Below, piece by piece: positions 63,426 through 64,000 of a stretch of DNA of 64,000 nucleotides; position 1 is the stretch's first letter, and each line of letters begins with the position of its first letter. Location: positions 8,614-72,613 of the forward strand of contig JANRJG010000039.1 of assembly GCA_033875315.1 (NCBI GenBank), given 5' to 3'. The translations under genes and the position numbers were made by a program. The DNA comes from Candidatus Methylacidiphilales bacterium. GTDB lineage: Bacteria > Verrucomicrobiota > Verrucomicrobiia > Methylacidiphilales > CAZTYG01. A model generated the notes under the pieces. That model did not search any database. It had not been told where the DNA came from and saw only the letters and a list, made by a program, of their open reading frames with translations.

Positions 63426-64000
63426 TCAGGTTGCAGAACTGGTTGCGGCAAAAGTGATGCAAAGGGTTTGGTGGAGAGACTCAATGCCGGGGGCGTTGGT
63501 GTGCATCTCCAAATTCTCTTGAGCGCGCCAGTCGAAGGTGGCACAGATTTCTATGTCTTTGCGCGAGAGGTAGTGGGCGTGGATGAGGACTTCGCGGATT
63601 TGGTCGGTGTCTTCGGAATACTCGCGGTCGTCGGGGTCGTTGCTCTCTTCGAGGAAGCAGGCGTAAAGTTCCAAGATGATCGGGCGCATGTGCTCCTCGA
63701 TGTTCGTCACTTCCAGCATCATCAGACCGATTTCCCGGTCGATACTGTCTTTGTCATTGAAGAACACAGTTCCACTTGGATGCGCGATTTTGTTTCTGCG
63801 CTTAACGAACTTTGCGAATTCACTGACTTGGGCATTTTCGCAGCCGATGAGCTTCAGAAATCGGAAAATTTGAGACTCCTTCAGTTTATCGTAGAACTTG
63901 AAAGGACTGTCTGCTTCTAAGAGCTTCATTTCAGATTCAATTTGGAATCCGATCAGCGCCTTCTTGAAGTCTGCTTCTCGGGCAAGACGTATCTGCCAAA
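63426..64000 (-). CDS. HEPN-like domain protein, 5-prime end outside the window
   Basis: It contains FVKRRNKIAHPSG (the R-x4-H HEPN motif). The reading frame stays open upstream of the first ATG (63929) to the window edge (..WQIRLAREADFKKALIGFQIESEMKLL), so the gene is probably truncated by the window. Confidence 0.55.
   Translation of the reverse strand, partial: WQIRLAREADFKKALIGFQIESEMKLLEADSPFKFYDKLKESQIFRFLKLIGCENAQVSEFAKFVKRRNKIAHPSGTVFFNDKDSIDREIGLMMLEVTNIEEHMRPIILELYACFLEESNDPDDREYSEDTDQIREVLIHAHYLSRKDIEICATFDWRAQENLEMHTNAPGIESLHQTLCITFAATSSAT

Overview
This is a gene-dense, high-GC bacterial chromosome segment. I saw no rRNA, no CRISPR array and no intact transposase or integrase. 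I support about 60 CDS, one pseudogene and two tRNAs (Leu-CAG, Gly-CCC).

Backbone (housekeeping): ruvC-ruvA-ruvB, carB, mtnP, glmS, glgC, trmL, truA, ruvX-trpA-coaX, trxA, serA, malic enzyme, acnA, a peroxiredoxin, pnp-rpsO, a KamA-like radical-SAM aminomutase, an RlmI-like methyltransferase, hemC, a cobA/hemD fusion and hemH.

Envelope and glycan genes are prominent:
- a PagL-like outer-membrane deacylase
- a CE4 deacetylase divergent from a tightly coupled GT4-GNAT-DUF2334-PHP::GT4 operon
- an STT3/AglB-like GT-C protein
- a DUF2029/GT87-like membrane protein
- a CE7 esterase
- a decayed TupA-like ATP-grasp gene

Accessory content:
- vapBC next to tRNA-Gly
- an AT-richer islet of small unknown ORFs at about 43.7-45.0 kb
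- an AT-richer island from about 61.1 kb to the window end. It carries a DUF433/DUF5615 toxin-antitoxin-like pair and a compact HEPN / PD-(D/E)xK-like / GIY-YIG three-gene cassette that is cut by the window edge. This cassette is my best candidate for an undescribed conflict or defence system.

Other notable items:
- aconitase with a lysine-rich tail of about 108 aa
- a 481-aa Pro/Ala-rich tail-anchored protein
- a 30-bp AT-rich heptamer-based inverted repeat that fills the glmS-mtnP junction
- a 73-nt duplicated unit at the tRNA-Leu 3-prime end
- at least four families of short dispersed or palindromic intergenic repeats

Many long ORFs in the supplied track are antisense shadows typical of high-GC DNA and are not reported. 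The repeat style and protein features suggest a PVC-type (Verrucomicrobiota-like) organism. That is inference only and cannot be verified here.
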